From an uncultured Eubacteriales bacterium (GTDB taxonomy: Bacteria; Bacillota; Clostridia; Lachnospirales; CAYPQA01): a stretch of 48,832 nucleotides of DNA. The stretch is from positions 1 to 48,832 of the forward strand of contig CAYPQA010000002.1 of NCBI GenBank assembly GCA_964412725.1, read 5' to 3'. Of this stretch, positions 23,672 through 32,916 are shown piece by piece. A program made the position numbers and the translations under genes. Below the pieces are notes generated by a model, which saw only the letters and a program-made list of their open reading frames with translations, did not search any database and was not told the DNA's origin. Each line of letters begins with the position of its first letter. Position 1 is the first letter of the stretch.

Positions 23672-24387
23672 CATTTGACAACTTTAAGGAATTTTTTAAA
23701 AACAACGATAATGTTACATCAGGTTTAGAAATTGATGTTTTAGAGAAACTTTATAAATATATGTGCTTTTGCCTTGAATATAACCAAAAAACAAACCTTA
23801 CATCAATTACTGATGAAAAGGAATTTATCGTTAAACACTTTTTAGACAGCCTTACCTTGTTACCATTTTTAACTACGGACAAGCCTTCGTCGTTTATTGA
23901 TGTGGGCACCGGTGCCGGATTTCCGGGTGTACCTTTATTGATTTGTAACTCTAAGCTTAACGGCGTATTATTAGACTCTAATGGTAAGAAAATCAGATTT
24001 TTAGAGGAATTAATTGGTGTTTTGAATATTAATCCTATAATTTTGAACTCGCGCTCTGAATCCGCAGCACAAAGTAGAAATCATAGGGAAGTCTATGATG
24101 TTTGTGTTTCAAGGGCGGTTGCGCATTTACGCATACTTTCTGAGTTGTGCCTTGGGTTTGTTAAACCAGACGGAATATTCCTCGCACAAAAATCTAAACA
24201 AGCATCAGACGAACTTAAAGAAGCCCGTCCTGCGATTAAGGCTATGGGCGGTGTTGTTGAGGACGTTATTGAGAAAGAGCTAACATTCGGGTTATCCAGA
24301 AGCATAATTGTTATTCGCAAGTCTTTGAAAACTCCGGACGCTTATCCCAGAGCCTTTTCAAAAATTTCAAATAACCCTATTTTTTAA
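23668..24387 (+). CDS. rsmG: 16S rRNA m7G527 methyltransferase RsmG
   Basis: [27 protein letters not shown]; follows mnmG. Confidence 0.96.
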   Translation: MTFDNFKEFFKNNDNVTSGLEIDVLEKLYKYMCFCLEYNQKTNLTSITDEKEFIVKHFLDSLTLLPFLTTDKPSSFIDVGTGAGFPGVPLLICNSKLNGVLLDSNGKKIRFLEELIGVLNINPIILNSRSESAAQSRNHREVYDVCVSRAVAHLRILSELCLGFVKPDGIFLAQKSKQASDELKEARPAIKAMGGVVEDVIEKELTFGLSRSIIVIRKSLKTPDAYPRAFSKISNNPIF

Positions 24388-24405
24388 ATGAAGCGGGAGG
24401 TCTTT

Positions 24406-25236
24406 ATGCAAGAGATTTTAAATTTGCCAATTGATAAAATCGTTCCAAACCCTTACCAACCGCGTAAGGTTTTTGATGTGCAAGCGCTTAGAGAACTTTC
24501 TGATTCCATTAAGCAATATGGGGTTATGCAACCGATTAATGTTCGGTTTATTAATAATTCCAGCTATGAGCTTGTGGCCGGCGAACGCCGTTTGAGAGCC
24601 GCAAAGCTTGCAGGACTTACTGTGATACCCAGCATTGTTGTGAACATAAGCGACCAGGACAGCGCTGTTATAGCCATCATAGAGAATCTCCAAAGGCAGG
24701 ATTTAAACTTCTTAGAGGAAGCGGAAGGTTTCTTCAACCTCTTGCATGACCATTCTTTTACACAAGAACAGCTTGCTGAAAAGCTTGGTAAGAGCCAATC
24801 TGCAGTTGCAAACAAGTTGCGTATCCTTCGGTTGCCCAGAGAGATTAAGAAAAGGCTTATTGAGAACAAACTCACGGAACGCCATGCAAGGGCACTGCTT
24901 CGTATCAATAACGAGGAGCTTTTAACAAAGGTTTTTGATACGATTGTTGAACGTGAATTGAACGTTAAGGGTAGCGAGGAACTCATTGATAAGGTTTTGG
25001 AATATGGGGTTGATGCGCTTAATCCTCCTGTTGTTGAGGAAACGCCTGAGAAAGAGAAGAAACCCAAGACTAAGAAAAATAATCCTAAGATAAAGCACTT
25101 TGTTAAAGACATTCGCCTTTTTACCAACACGGTTAAATCGGCGGTTGACATTATGAAAAATTCCGGTATTGAGACAGATTATATTTGCGACGAGGTTGAG
25201 GACGGGCTTTTGATCAAGATACATATTAAGCAATAG
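24406..25236 (+). CDS. noc: Nucleoid occlusion protein Noc (ParB/Spo0J family)
   Basis: PNPYQPR, AGERRLRA, ENLQRQDL; HTH GKSQSAVANKLR and TERHARALL carry Noc-type rather than Spo0J-type residues; KDIRLFTNT C-terminus; position after rsmG. Confidence 0.85.
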   Translation: MQEILNLPIDKIVPNPYQPRKVFDVQALRELSDSIKQYGVMQPINVRFINNSSYELVAGERRLRAAKLAGLTVIPSIVVNISDQDSAVIAIIENLQRQDLNFLEEAEGFFNLLHDHSFTQEQLAEKLGKSQSAVANKLRILRLPREIKKRLIENKLTERHARALLRINNEELLTKVFDTIVERELNVKGSEELIDKVLEYGVDALNPPVVEETPEKEKKPKTKKNNPKIKHFVKDIRLFTNTVKSAVDIMKNSGIETDYICDEVEDGLLIKIHIKQ

Positions 25237-25455
25237 CTTTGCAAATAGGTTGTATACAAAGCTTTTTGTTATAAGATTATCTATATTCGGTATACCATTG
25301 TTTATATTACTATTTGAAGGTAAAGTAGATATTTTATAAATTATTTGCTTATTTTTTGTGTTTTATCATCATACTCTATCTCCAAACTTAGCATTATTTC
25401 GAGTAAATTGTTTAAAAAACCGGTGAATTATTCACGTTAAATTTGTAAAATTTTA

Positions 25456-25484
25456 TTGACATACCTGAAAAATTGTGGTAATAT
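25456..25484 (+). promoter_or_regulatory. Sigma-A promoter of the cold-shock gene
   Basis: TTGACA-17 bp-TAATAT with extended -10 TG. Confidence 0.7.
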
Positions 25485-25551
25485 AATGTTGCAACGACAA
25501 AGTAACCTATCGGGTTATTGTAGTATGCTTTATTATTTAGGAGGATTTAAA

Positions 25552-25752
25552 ATGAAAAAAGGTACTGTTAAGTGGTTCAATGCAGAAAAGGGTTATGGAT
25601 TTATTTCGGTTCAAGGCGAGGATGATGTATTCGTACATTTCTCTGCAATTAATTCCGATGGTTTCAAGACTCTCGAAGAAGGTCAGCAGGTTGAGTTTAA
25701 CGTAGTTCAAGGCGCTAAAGGTCCTCAAGCCGCTGATGTTGTTCGTTTATAA
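25552..25752 (+). CDS. cspA: Cold-shock protein
   Basis: [29 protein letters not shown]; AGGAGG RBS; paralog letter uncertain. Confidence 0.95.
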   Translation: MKKGTVKWFNAEKGYGFISVQGEDDVFVHFSAINSDGFKTLEEGQQVEFNVVQGAKGPQAADVVRL

Positions 25753-25835
25753 TTGTCGTTTGCTAAATATTTTTTTGCTTGATTTTTTGCTTGAATTTGA
25801 GAAATAGCAATATAGACTGTAAACAACCACAACTT

Positions 25836-25878
25836 AAAAAAGATGTAGAAAATGATTTCATTTTCTACATCTTTTTTT
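25836..25878. terminator. Bidirectional intrinsic terminator
   Basis: 20-bp inverted repeat aaaaaagatgtagaaaatga / tcattttctacatctttttt between convergent genes. Confidence 0.85.
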
Positions 25879-25879
25879 G

Positions 25880-26761
25880 TTACTTAATCTTGTTAAAAAA
25901 CCTTTCACTACTTTCTCCGTACCCCCTGTTGTAACGGTTGAGCTGGATAAAATCCTGCCCCTTTGTTATTTTATTTGGTCTTTCGCGGCAACGCAGAACA
26001 ACCTTGAAACCGAATGATTTAAGGATTTCATCTGCCGAATCCGTGTATTCTCCAAAGGGATAAGCAAAGGTTGTTGGTGTGTATCCTAGGTTTTGGTAGA
26101 TTAAGTCTTGGAGCTTAAGCACATCGTTTGCAAGTACTCTTTCGTATTCGGAAAGTGACTCGTTTTTATTTTTCTTTGCACCAACCCTTGCGCTTGTTCT
26201 TGTGTGCATATTGTATGTATGGTTTTGTATTTCGACAAGACCTGAGTCAACCATCTCTCTCATTTGGTCCCATGATACGTGTGAATATCGGGGGTTTTGC
26301 TTTTCAGAGGCTGGCATCTCGTTTGAATATTTGCCAAGAATTGATATTACTGCCTTCATATTGTACTTCTTTAAGAGTGGAAATGCATAGAAATAGTTGC
26401 TGTAATAGCCGTCATCAAAGGTTATTAGAATAGGTTTTTCGGGAAGTATAGCGAAAAAATCTTCTGTGTATTTTATGAGGTCGTCCATTAAGATAGGTGT
26501 GTAGCCATTTTCTTTGAGATACTTCAAGTCGCTTTCAAACAATTCCGGCGTTATAACGTATTTACCAACACGGGATTTATCCTCCATAATCGCATGATAC
26601 ATAATTACAGGAAGGTCAATACCGTCGTCTGATGAATTAGAGTTAAAAACCGGAAAGGTTCTGTTGATAAATAAGCGACAAATAAGCACGGTAAGTATAA
26701 CCAACAGTGAGGATATGACTAGGTTCCGTCGCAAAAGCTTTACAAATTTTAAAACAAACAT
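25880..26761 (-). CDS. Polysaccharide deacetylase (CE4, IcaB/PgaB-like), N-terminal membrane anchor
   Basis: PVIMYH, ITFDDGY, IQNHTYNMH, FAYPFG. Confidence 0.92.
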   Translation of the reverse strand: MFVLKFVKLLRRNLVISSLLVILTVLICRLFINRTFPVFNSNSSDDGIDLPVIMYHAIMEDKSRVGKYVITPELFESDLKYLKENGYTPILMDDLIKYTEDFFAILPEKPILITFDDGYYSNYFYAFPLLKKYNMKAVISILGKYSNEMPASEKQNPRYSHVSWDQMREMVDSGLVEIQNHTYNMHTRTSARVGAKKNKNESLSEYERVLANDVLKLQDLIYQNLGYTPTTFAYPFGEYTDSADEILKSFGFKVVLRCRERPNKITKGQDFIQLNRYNRGYGESSERFFNKIK

Positions 26762-26817
26762 AAAAAACCTCCGAAAGTATGTCTAATTAAAGATATGCTT
26801 TCGGAGGTTTTTTATTC
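26760..26817 (-). promoter_or_regulatory. Terminator-like hairpin occluding the deacetylase RBS, with an embedded sigma-E-like promoter
   Basis: Long inverted repeat whose minus-strand 3' arm is GGAGG-T6-ATG; GAATAA-14 bp-CATATCTT lies in the 5' arm. Confidence 0.55.
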
Positions 26818-26819
26818 AT

Positions 26820-26940
26820 GGTCGCCTCTAAAAACCCCTCACTCCATTTCCGCAAAAAACGCAAAACCACCGCTTTATTGCGAAAATTGTTTTCGCTCAA
26901 CTTGCTTTCGCAAGTTTCGTTCGGGTTTTTAGAAGTGCCC
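26820..26940. mobile_element. Putative MITE / non-autonomous IS remnant (121 bp)
   Basis: Terminal inverted repeats ggtcgcctctaaaaaccc / gggtttttagaagtgccc (15/18), two internal hairpins, no credible ORF. Confidence 0.6.
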
Positions 26941-26946
26941 TCGTAT

Positions 26947-27624
26947 TTATTTATCCATGCTGTCAAACAATTCGTCTTCAGCACCTTCAGGTATATCAGA
27001 ATTAACGTAGCCTTTGATTCTTGCACCAAACTCAACACGCAAATTTGAAGCATTTATAGTACCCATTGCAACAGAGTTTTGCAGGAATTCACAATGCCCC
27101 GCAACGTTTATATTGCCCTTAATTTTGCCGTCTATAACGCTCTTTTGCGCTTTAACGTCACCTATCACATAGCTGTCCTTGTCGGCGGAAAGAGTACTCT
27201 CCGACGCAATATTGCCTTTTATTCTTGCATTGTTCATAGACACAGATTCAGCGGTTACATCACCTGTTATATCACCCAAAACCTTTATGGATTTCGTAGT
27301 GCTCACATTGCCGGACACCTTGCCGAAACAATCTATTTCTTCAAAAGATTTTATCTCACCGTTAATAACTGTATTCTTGGATATAATAGTTTTTTCAGAG
27401 GATAAAGTAGAACGGTAGGTTGGATAATCGTCCCTGGGCAAAGAAATCGGTTCTTCCTCAGGCTTGATATCTACCTTCACAGGTTCTTCCAGAACAACAG
27501 CCGGCGGAGGAGTTTCTTCAACCTTTTCCTTGACAGGCATGTCGGAAGATTTCGGTTTTTCAGGCTTAGTATCGTCTGTGGCCAATTCCTTGAGTGCCTG
27601 GACAAAGTTATTGAAAAGCCCCAT
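26947..27624 (-). CDS. Bactofilin (polymer-forming cytoskeletal protein)
   Basis: TIISKNTVINGEI...GKVSGNV...GDITGDV...GKIKGNI...GARIKG beta-helix repeats after a Pro/Glu-rich N-terminus; AGGAGG RBS. Confidence 0.88.
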   Translation of the reverse strand: MGLFNNFVQALKELATDDTKPEKPKSSDMPVKEKVEETPPPAVVLEEPVKVDIKPEEEPISLPRDDYPTYRSTLSSEKTIISKNTVINGEIKSFEEIDCFGKVSGNVSTTKSIKVLGDITGDVTAESVSMNNARIKGNIASESTLSADKDSYVIGDVKAQKSVIDGKIKGNINVAGHCEFLQNSVAMGTINASNLRVEFGARIKGYVNSDIPEGAEDELFDSMDK

Positions 27625-27635
27625 GCTTATCCTCC

Positions 27636-28766
27636 TTAGTTGATAAAACTAACCGGCAAGGTTGTGTTGGTTATCTTTTTAAAAGAATGTCCTTTGTTAC
27701 GGTAAAATTTTATTATGTTGGGAAGTGCCTCGATAACTATGTTTGAGTTGCTGTCGTGCAAGAGGAGAATGTTCCTGTTATTTTTACCGTTGTATCTTGC
27801 TATGTTTACGGAGTTTTCGTATACGGATTCAGCTGTCGACCCCTTGACCGTATCTGCACCGGACATGTTCCAATCATAGAATACAAAGCCGCGCCTACTC
27901 ATTTCGTTCGCGATATCCATATATACCTTTTTGTTGTACGAATTTATACTGCCGCCCGGGAATCTGTAAGTGTCGGGCTTGACACCTGTTGCCTTATATA
28001 TTGCTGTGAAGCATTCATAAAAATCTGTGAGAAAAGCATCAACTGATGCGTAAATCTTTGTGTATATATGAGTTGAGCTGTGCATGGCCACCGTGTGACC
28101 TCTATTATACATCTCCCTTATAATTTCAGGGGAGGTGTTTTGATTGGCTACGATAAAGAAAGTAGCCTCTACATTATGTTCATCAAAAATATCTAACATC
28201 TTGTACGTGTTTTTGGAAGGGCCGTCATCAATAGTAAGAAACATCGTATCTTTGTCAACCACAAAATCCCCGGGAGGACTAACGTACATATCTGGAAAAA
28301 GCTTAGTGTAAGAAGGCTCGGTTGAAGGCTTTGGGGTTGGATTTTCAGTTGGCGCTACTGTAGGGGTTGGGGTTGTCACAACGATGGGATTAAATGTAAT
28401 TTCATCGTCAGGTATAGCCGTCCAATCATCAAGCTCAGGTTCAACCTCCGGCTCTTCAAAAGGTAACTCAAATGGCAATTGCTCTGGATTAGGTTCCTCA
28501 TCAAGCGCATCTGATTTTGCATCTGAAAGCAAATTTGTTTCGGAAAAATTACTGCCGGAAAGGAATGATATATTACCTGAAACCGGAACAACCTTACGTC
28601 CTATAGCCTCAAGGGCTTTCACAATTTCTTTAGTATCCTTTAGCTCGTCCGTTAGTTCATAAACTCTCATAAAAAGAAAAACATTGCCTACGATAAGGGA
28701 TAAGGTCACGAGAAGGAACAGAGCGATTATAACATGTTTAAAAAACTTTACACTACCCCAATACAT
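27636..28766 (-). CDS. Membrane-anchored polysaccharide/peptidoglycan deacetylase (NodB-type CE4)
   Basis: TM helix, Pro/Thr-rich linker, LTIDDGPS, HSSTH, RFPGGS, DWN, LLLHD; start set at MYWGS because the longer ORF overlaps the tRNA. Confidence 0.9.
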   Translation of the reverse strand: MYWGSVKFFKHVIIALFLLVTLSLIVGNVFLFMRVYELTDELKDTKEIVKALEAIGRKVVPVSGNISFLSGSNFSETNLLSDAKSDALDEEPNPEQLPFELPFEEPEVEPELDDWTAIPDDEITFNPIVVTTPTPTVAPTENPTPKPSTEPSYTKLFPDMYVSPPGDFVVDKDTMFLTIDDGPSKNTYKMLDIFDEHNVEATFFIVANQNTSPEIIREMYNRGHTVAMHSSTHIYTKIYASVDAFLTDFYECFTAIYKATGVKPDTYRFPGGSINSYNKKVYMDIANEMSRRGFVFYDWNMSGADTVKGSTAESVYENSVNIARYNGKNNRNILLLHDSNSNIVIEALPNIIKFYRNKGHSFKKITNTTLPVSFIN

Positions 28767-28851
28767 AAAGTGAACTCGCTTTCGGTTTATAAAAAAACGC
28801 AAATATACCAACAAAACCACGTTGGCAAAGAAAAAAGGATATAAAAAAAGA

Positions 28852-28935
28852 TGCCGGTGGTCGGGTTCGAACCGACACGGTGTCGCCACCACTGGATTTT
28901 GAGTCCAGCACGTCTGCCAATTCCATCACACCGGC
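28852..28935 (-). tRNA. tRNA-Leu(CAA)
   Basis: GCCGGTG acceptor stem, GGAATTGGCAGAC D-loop, CTGGA-CTCAAAA-TCCAG anticodon arm, long variable arm, GGTTCGAACCC T-arm; CCA not encoded. Confidence 0.97.
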
Positions 28936-28946
28936 AATTTTTAGGA

Positions 28947-28975
28947 AGTTTACCACAACCTTCAATTAAAGTCAA
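28947..28975 (-). promoter_or_regulatory. Sigma-A promoter of tRNA-Leu
   Basis: Minus strand TTGACT-17 bp-TAAACT with extended -10 TG. Confidence 0.7.
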
Positions 28976-29076
28976 GAATTATTGTAAAATTCTATGGAAA
29001 AATTTCAAAAAAATATTCCCAAATTCTGAATATGTGATATAATGGTTTGCAATACTTAGTTTGGGAGATGATTTTT

Positions 29077-30126
29077 GTGCAACATAGGCTTGGAATTATC
29101 GGCTATGGCGGCATGGCGAATTGGCATAGAGTTAATTGCCAAAAAATTGACGGATTGTCTGCAAAGGCTGTCTATGATATAGACCCGGTTCAAAAGGAAA
29201 AAGCCAAGGCCGACGGGCTTATAGTTTACGACAGCGTTGACACTCTTTTAGCCGATAAGGACATTGACATTATTCTCGTTGCGACACCTAACAATTTCCA
29301 TAAGGAATATACCATAAAGGCTCTTAAAGCCGGTAAGCATGTTGTTTGCGAAAAACCTGTTGCTATGAGCACGGCGGAGCTTACCGAGATGATTCAGGTT
29401 TCCCAAGAGACAGGGAAATTATTCACGGTTCATCAAAACAGACGATGGGATAAGGATTATAATATCGTTAGGAAGGCTATTGAAGCGGGTCTTGTGGGCA
29501 AGCCTTATACGATTGAATCCCGCGTGCATGGTCAAAACGGCGTTATGCATGGCTGGAGGGCTTATAAGGTGGCCGGAGGTGGTATGCTTTTAGACTGGGG
29601 TGTACATCTTATTGACCAGATCTTAGATATGGTAAAAGAGCCTCTTAAAGAGGTATATTGTCATATGCATAGGGTTAAGACACCTGAATGTGACGATTAT
29701 TTTAAATTGCTTATGCGCTTTGAAAGCGGCTTGTCCGTTCAGCTTGAGGTTGGAACATATTGCTTGCAGCCTATGCCGCGCTGGTACGTTTATGGTGACG
29801 GCGGCTCTATGATTGTTGAGGGTTTTAACGGCGGCGGTAAGATTGTGCATGCCAAGAATGTTGAATTGGCTTGGGAGCCTGAGATTGTTCAAACGTCTGC
29901 AGGCCCGACAAGAACCATGGCGCCACGTCCGCAGGAAACGCTTGAGGACATACCCCTTCCGGAATGTGAGCCTGAATGGGTTGAATTTTATGAGAACGTT
30001 GTGGGTGTTATTGAAGGCAGAGCCGAGCTTATTGTGAAGCAATCGGAGATTATGCGAGTTTTTAAGGTTATAGAAGCGGCATTTTTGTCAGACGAAAAAG
30101 GTGAGACTGTGAGGGTTAATTTATGA
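29077..30126 (+). CDS. Gfo/Idh/MocA family oxidoreductase
   Basis: GIIGYGGMA Rossmann motif, ATPNNFH, CEKP, HQNRRWD, GGGMLLDWGVHLID; start uncertain (29068 or 29077). Confidence 0.93.
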   Translation: MQHRLGIIGYGGMANWHRVNCQKIDGLSAKAVYDIDPVQKEKAKADGLIVYDSVDTLLADKDIDIILVATPNNFHKEYTIKALKAGKHVVCEKPVAMSTAELTEMIQVSQETGKLFTVHQNRRWDKDYNIVRKAIEAGLVGKPYTIESRVHGQNGVMHGWRAYKVAGGGMLLDWGVHLIDQILDMVKEPLKEVYCHMHRVKTPECDDYFKLLMRFESGLSVQLEVGTYCLQPMPRWYVYGDGGSMIVEGFNGGGKIVHAKNVELAWEPEIVQTSAGPTRTMAPRPQETLEDIPLPECEPEWVEFYENVVGVIEGRAELIVKQSEIMRVFKVIEAAFLSDEKGETVRVNL

Positions 30127-30854
30127 GGTTTGTGCTTAAATTGAGCGGTGAGGCCATCGGCGGCGAGAAGTCTGCGTTTGACGATGTGACTATTGAACGT
30201 ATTTGCGGTGAAATTGCGTGTGTTGTTTCTAAGGGTGTGCAGGTCTCACTTGTTGTGGGCGGCGGTAACCTCTGGCGCAACAAATCCAACAACAACGGTT
30301 CTTTTACACTCGACCGTTCAAAATCAGACCAAATCGGTATGATGGGCACAATTATGAACGCTCTGTATTTGTCGGAGGCTTTAAGGTACAAGGGCGTTAC
30401 CGCTAAGGTTATGACGCCTTTTGTTGTGGGTACGTTTACTGAGCAATTTTCCGTTGACAAAGCTAACGAATATCTTGATGCGGGTGTTGTGGTTATAAAC
30501 GCAGGCGGCACAGGCCACCCGTTTTTTACAACAGACAGCATAACTGCATTACGTGCGGCTGAGCTTAAAGCCGTTGCACTCTATGCAAAAAATATTGACG
30601 GTGTTTACGACAGCGACCCCAGAACCAACACAAATGCTGTACGTTATAAAAGCATTTCGTATGACAATGTTATCAAGTACGGGCTTGATGCTCTGGATAT
30701 CGCTGCTATGAATATATCTAAAGACGCAGGAACCAAGAGTCTTATTTTCGCACTGAGCGAACCGGGCAGTATTATAGAAGCCTGCGGTTCGGGGTTCAGT
30801 GGCGGAACAATTATAACTATTGATGCCGAGGAGGAGAAAGTATGTCAGATTTAG
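30123..30854 (+). CDS. pyrH: UMP kinase
   Basis: LKLSGEA, GGGN, DQIGMMGTIMN, GGTGHPFFTTD, DGVYDSDP; upstream of frr. Confidence 0.93.
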   Translation: MRFVLKLSGEAIGGEKSAFDDVTIERICGEIACVVSKGVQVSLVVGGGNLWRNKSNNNGSFTLDRSKSDQIGMMGTIMNALYLSEALRYKGVTAKVMTPFVVGTFTEQFSVDKANEYLDAGVVVINAGGTGHPFFTTDSITALRAAELKAVALYAKNIDGVYDSDPRTNTNAVRYKSISYDNVIKYGLDALDIAAMNISKDAGTKSLIFALSEPGSIIEACGSGFSGGTIITIDAEEEKVCQI

Positions 30855-31396
30855 TAAAGCCTTATGAAGAAAAAATGAAGAAAACCATCCATTCACTTGA
30901 AGAAGAATTTAACACAATCCGCGCAGGACGTGCAAACCCCCATGTTTTGGACAAGATTACCGTTGATTACTATGGTGCGCAAACACCTATTAACCAAGTA
31001 GGAAATATTACTGTTCCCGAAGCTAGAGTTATTGTTATCCAACCTTGGGACAGCAGCGTGCTTAAAGCTCTTGAGAAAGCTATTATGGCCTCGGAACTTG
31101 GAATTAACCCAACGAACGACGGCAAGGTTATTAGGCTTGTCTTCCCAGAGCTTACCGAGGAACGCAGAAAGACGCTTACAAAGGATGTAAAGAAAAAGGG
31201 CGAGGATTCTAAGGTTGCTTTGAGAAATGTTCGTCGCGATGGTATTGACCACTTTAAGAAGATTGAAAAGAAGGCTGAAATTTCCGAGGATAAGCTTAAA
31301 GAACTTGAAGACGAATTGCAAAAGATTACAGACAAGTATGTTGCCGAGGTTGATAAGCTGGTTGACGCAAAGAATAAGGATATTATGTCTATATGA
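30842..31396 (+). CDS. frr: Ribosome recycling factor
   Basis: IRAGRANP, VDYYG, PELTEERRK, RNVRRD. Confidence 0.98.
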   Translation: MSDLVKPYEEKMKKTIHSLEEEFNTIRAGRANPHVLDKITVDYYGAQTPINQVGNITVPEARVIVIQPWDSSVLKALEKAIMASELGINPTNDGKVIRLVFPELTEERRKTLTKDVKKKGEDSKVALRNVRRDGIDHFKKIEKKAEISEDKLKELEDELQKITDKYVAEVDKLVDAKNKDIMSI

Positions 31397-32100
31397 GTGA
31401 TTTGTTAATTCCGCAGCATGTTGCAATTATAATGGACGGTAACGGACGGTTTGCAAAGAAATTCTTTCTTACAAAGGCGGCCGGACACCGTGCAGGTGCC
31501 CAAACGCTCAAGCAGATTGTGCGTGATGCGGAGGCTTTATCTGTAAAATTTCTTACTGTATATGCATTTTCTACTGAAAATTGGAAACGCTCTCCTAAAG
31601 AGGTTGAGGATTTATTATCACTTCTGCGTGAATATATTAAGAACTATATAAATGATGTGGATAAGAATGATATACGGATTAAGTGTATTGGAGATATAAA
31701 CGGGCTTCCCTCAGACTTAGCCGAAAGCATAAGAAACCTTGAACGCATTTCTGCTCACAAGGAGGGTCTACAACTCAATCTAGCTATTAATTATGGTTCC
31801 AAAGACGAAATCATCCGTGCTGTTAAATCTGTTTGTTCCGATATTTTGTCCGATAAATTATCTCTTGACCGAATAAATGAGGACGTTTTTGAGCAATACT
31901 TAGACACATGCGGTATCCCGCCCGTTGACCTTTGCATTCGTACAAGCGGTGAGATGCGTTTAAGCAATTTTCTGCTCTGGCAGCTTGCTTATGCCGAGCT
32001 TTTCTTCATAGAAAAGCACTGGCCTGAATTTAAAAAAGCCGATTTGTTACTCGCCTTTGAAGCTTACTCCAAAAGAGAAAGGCGGTTTGGCGGCAGATAG
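31393..32100 (+). CDS. uppS: Undecaprenyl diphosphate synthase
   Basis: HVAIIMDGNGR, YAFSTENWKR, IRTSGEMRLSNFLLWQ, RRFGG. Confidence 0.97.
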   Translation: MSDLLIPQHVAIIMDGNGRFAKKFFLTKAAGHRAGAQTLKQIVRDAEALSVKFLTVYAFSTENWKRSPKEVEDLLSLLREYIKNYINDVDKNDIRIKCIGDINGLPSDLAESIRNLERISAHKEGLQLNLAINYGSKDEIIRAVKSVCSDILSDKLSLDRINEDVFEQYLDTCGIPPVDLCIRTSGEMRLSNFLLWQLAYAELFFIEKHWPEFKKADLLLAFEAYSKRERRFGGR

Positions 32101-32109
32101 GAGAGTTGT

Positions 32110-32904
32110 ATGTTTTTACGCATTGTGTCAAGCCTTGTTGGCTTGCCCATTCTTATTTTTCTTATTGTTTTGGGGGGCTTGCCGCTTCGCGTTGCAATTC
32201 TTGCTGTTTCGCTTATCGGCCTTGCGGAGTTTTATTCCGCATTCAAGGGTAAGGTTATTATGCTTAAGATTATCGGTATTTTGGTTTCTTTGCTCTATTA
32301 CCTGCCTATGTACATGACGTTTAACTCGTTCATGTTTCTTAATTCTTTTTTTATCTTTGCTCTGCTTATTTCAATGGTTGTTCGTCATCGTGACATTGCG
32401 ATTTCTGACTGTGCGCTGATTTTTTTCGGTTTTTACTATACCGTTGTACCTCTTAGTTTCATCTATATGGTTCGTATGTCACAGTTTGGCGAATATCTCG
32501 TATGGCTTATATTTATCTGTGCATGGGGTTCGGACACGGGCGCATATTTTACAGGGCGTTCTCTGGGCAAGCACAAGCTTACGCCAAGCCTTAGTCCTAA
32601 CAAAACCGTTGAGGGTGCTATCGGCGGCGTCGTTGTTGCTACCATTTTAGCCTTTATTTACGGTTTGATTATTACACGTATGCGTTCGAATGTGGACATT
32701 GCCGTAAACTGTGCCATTATCGGTGCTGTGGGAGCTGTTCTTTCTCAATTTGGTGACCTTGCTGCTTCCGCTATAAAGAGACAATCCGGTGTCAAGGACT
32801 TCGGCAACCTCATTCCCGGCCATGGCGGCGTGCTTGACCGTTTTGACTCCATAATCTTCACCGCCCCCTGTGTCTATATTGTTATGACTGCTTTGATGAG
32901 ATGA
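32110..32904 (+). CDS. cdsA: Phosphatidate cytidylyltransferase
   Basis: DTGAYFTG, SPNKTVEG, KDFGNLIPGHGGVLDRFDS. Confidence 0.97.
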   Translation: MFLRIVSSLVGLPILIFLIVLGGLPLRVAILAVSLIGLAEFYSAFKGKVIMLKIIGILVSLLYYLPMYMTFNSFMFLNSFFIFALLISMVVRHRDIAISDCALIFFGFYYTVVPLSFIYMVRMSQFGEYLVWLIFICAWGSDTGAYFTGRSLGKHKLTPSLSPNKTVEGAIGGVVVATILAFIYGLIITRMRSNVDIAVNCAIIGAVGAVLSQFGDLAASAIKRQSGVKDFGNLIPGHGGVLDRFDSIIFTAPCVYIVMTALMR

Positions 32905-32916
32905 TTTTTTCGGTAA

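Noticed and set aside
24564-25151. Long antisense ORFs (195 aa opposite noc; similar ones opposite frr and asnB)
   Set aside because: Shadow frames of well-supported genes, with no RBS or motifs.
26787-27053. ORFs of 88 aa (-) and 76 aa (+) across the MITE-like element
   Set aside because: They overlap the bactofilin end and a structured non-coding element, with no RBS or protein motif.
28852-28935. tRNA-Leu as the attachment site of an integrated element
   Set aside because: No integrase and no duplicated tRNA 3' end seen in the window.
28767-28975. ORFs overlapping tRNA-Leu, including the extended deacetylase start
   Set aside because: Artefacts of reading through the tRNA gene.
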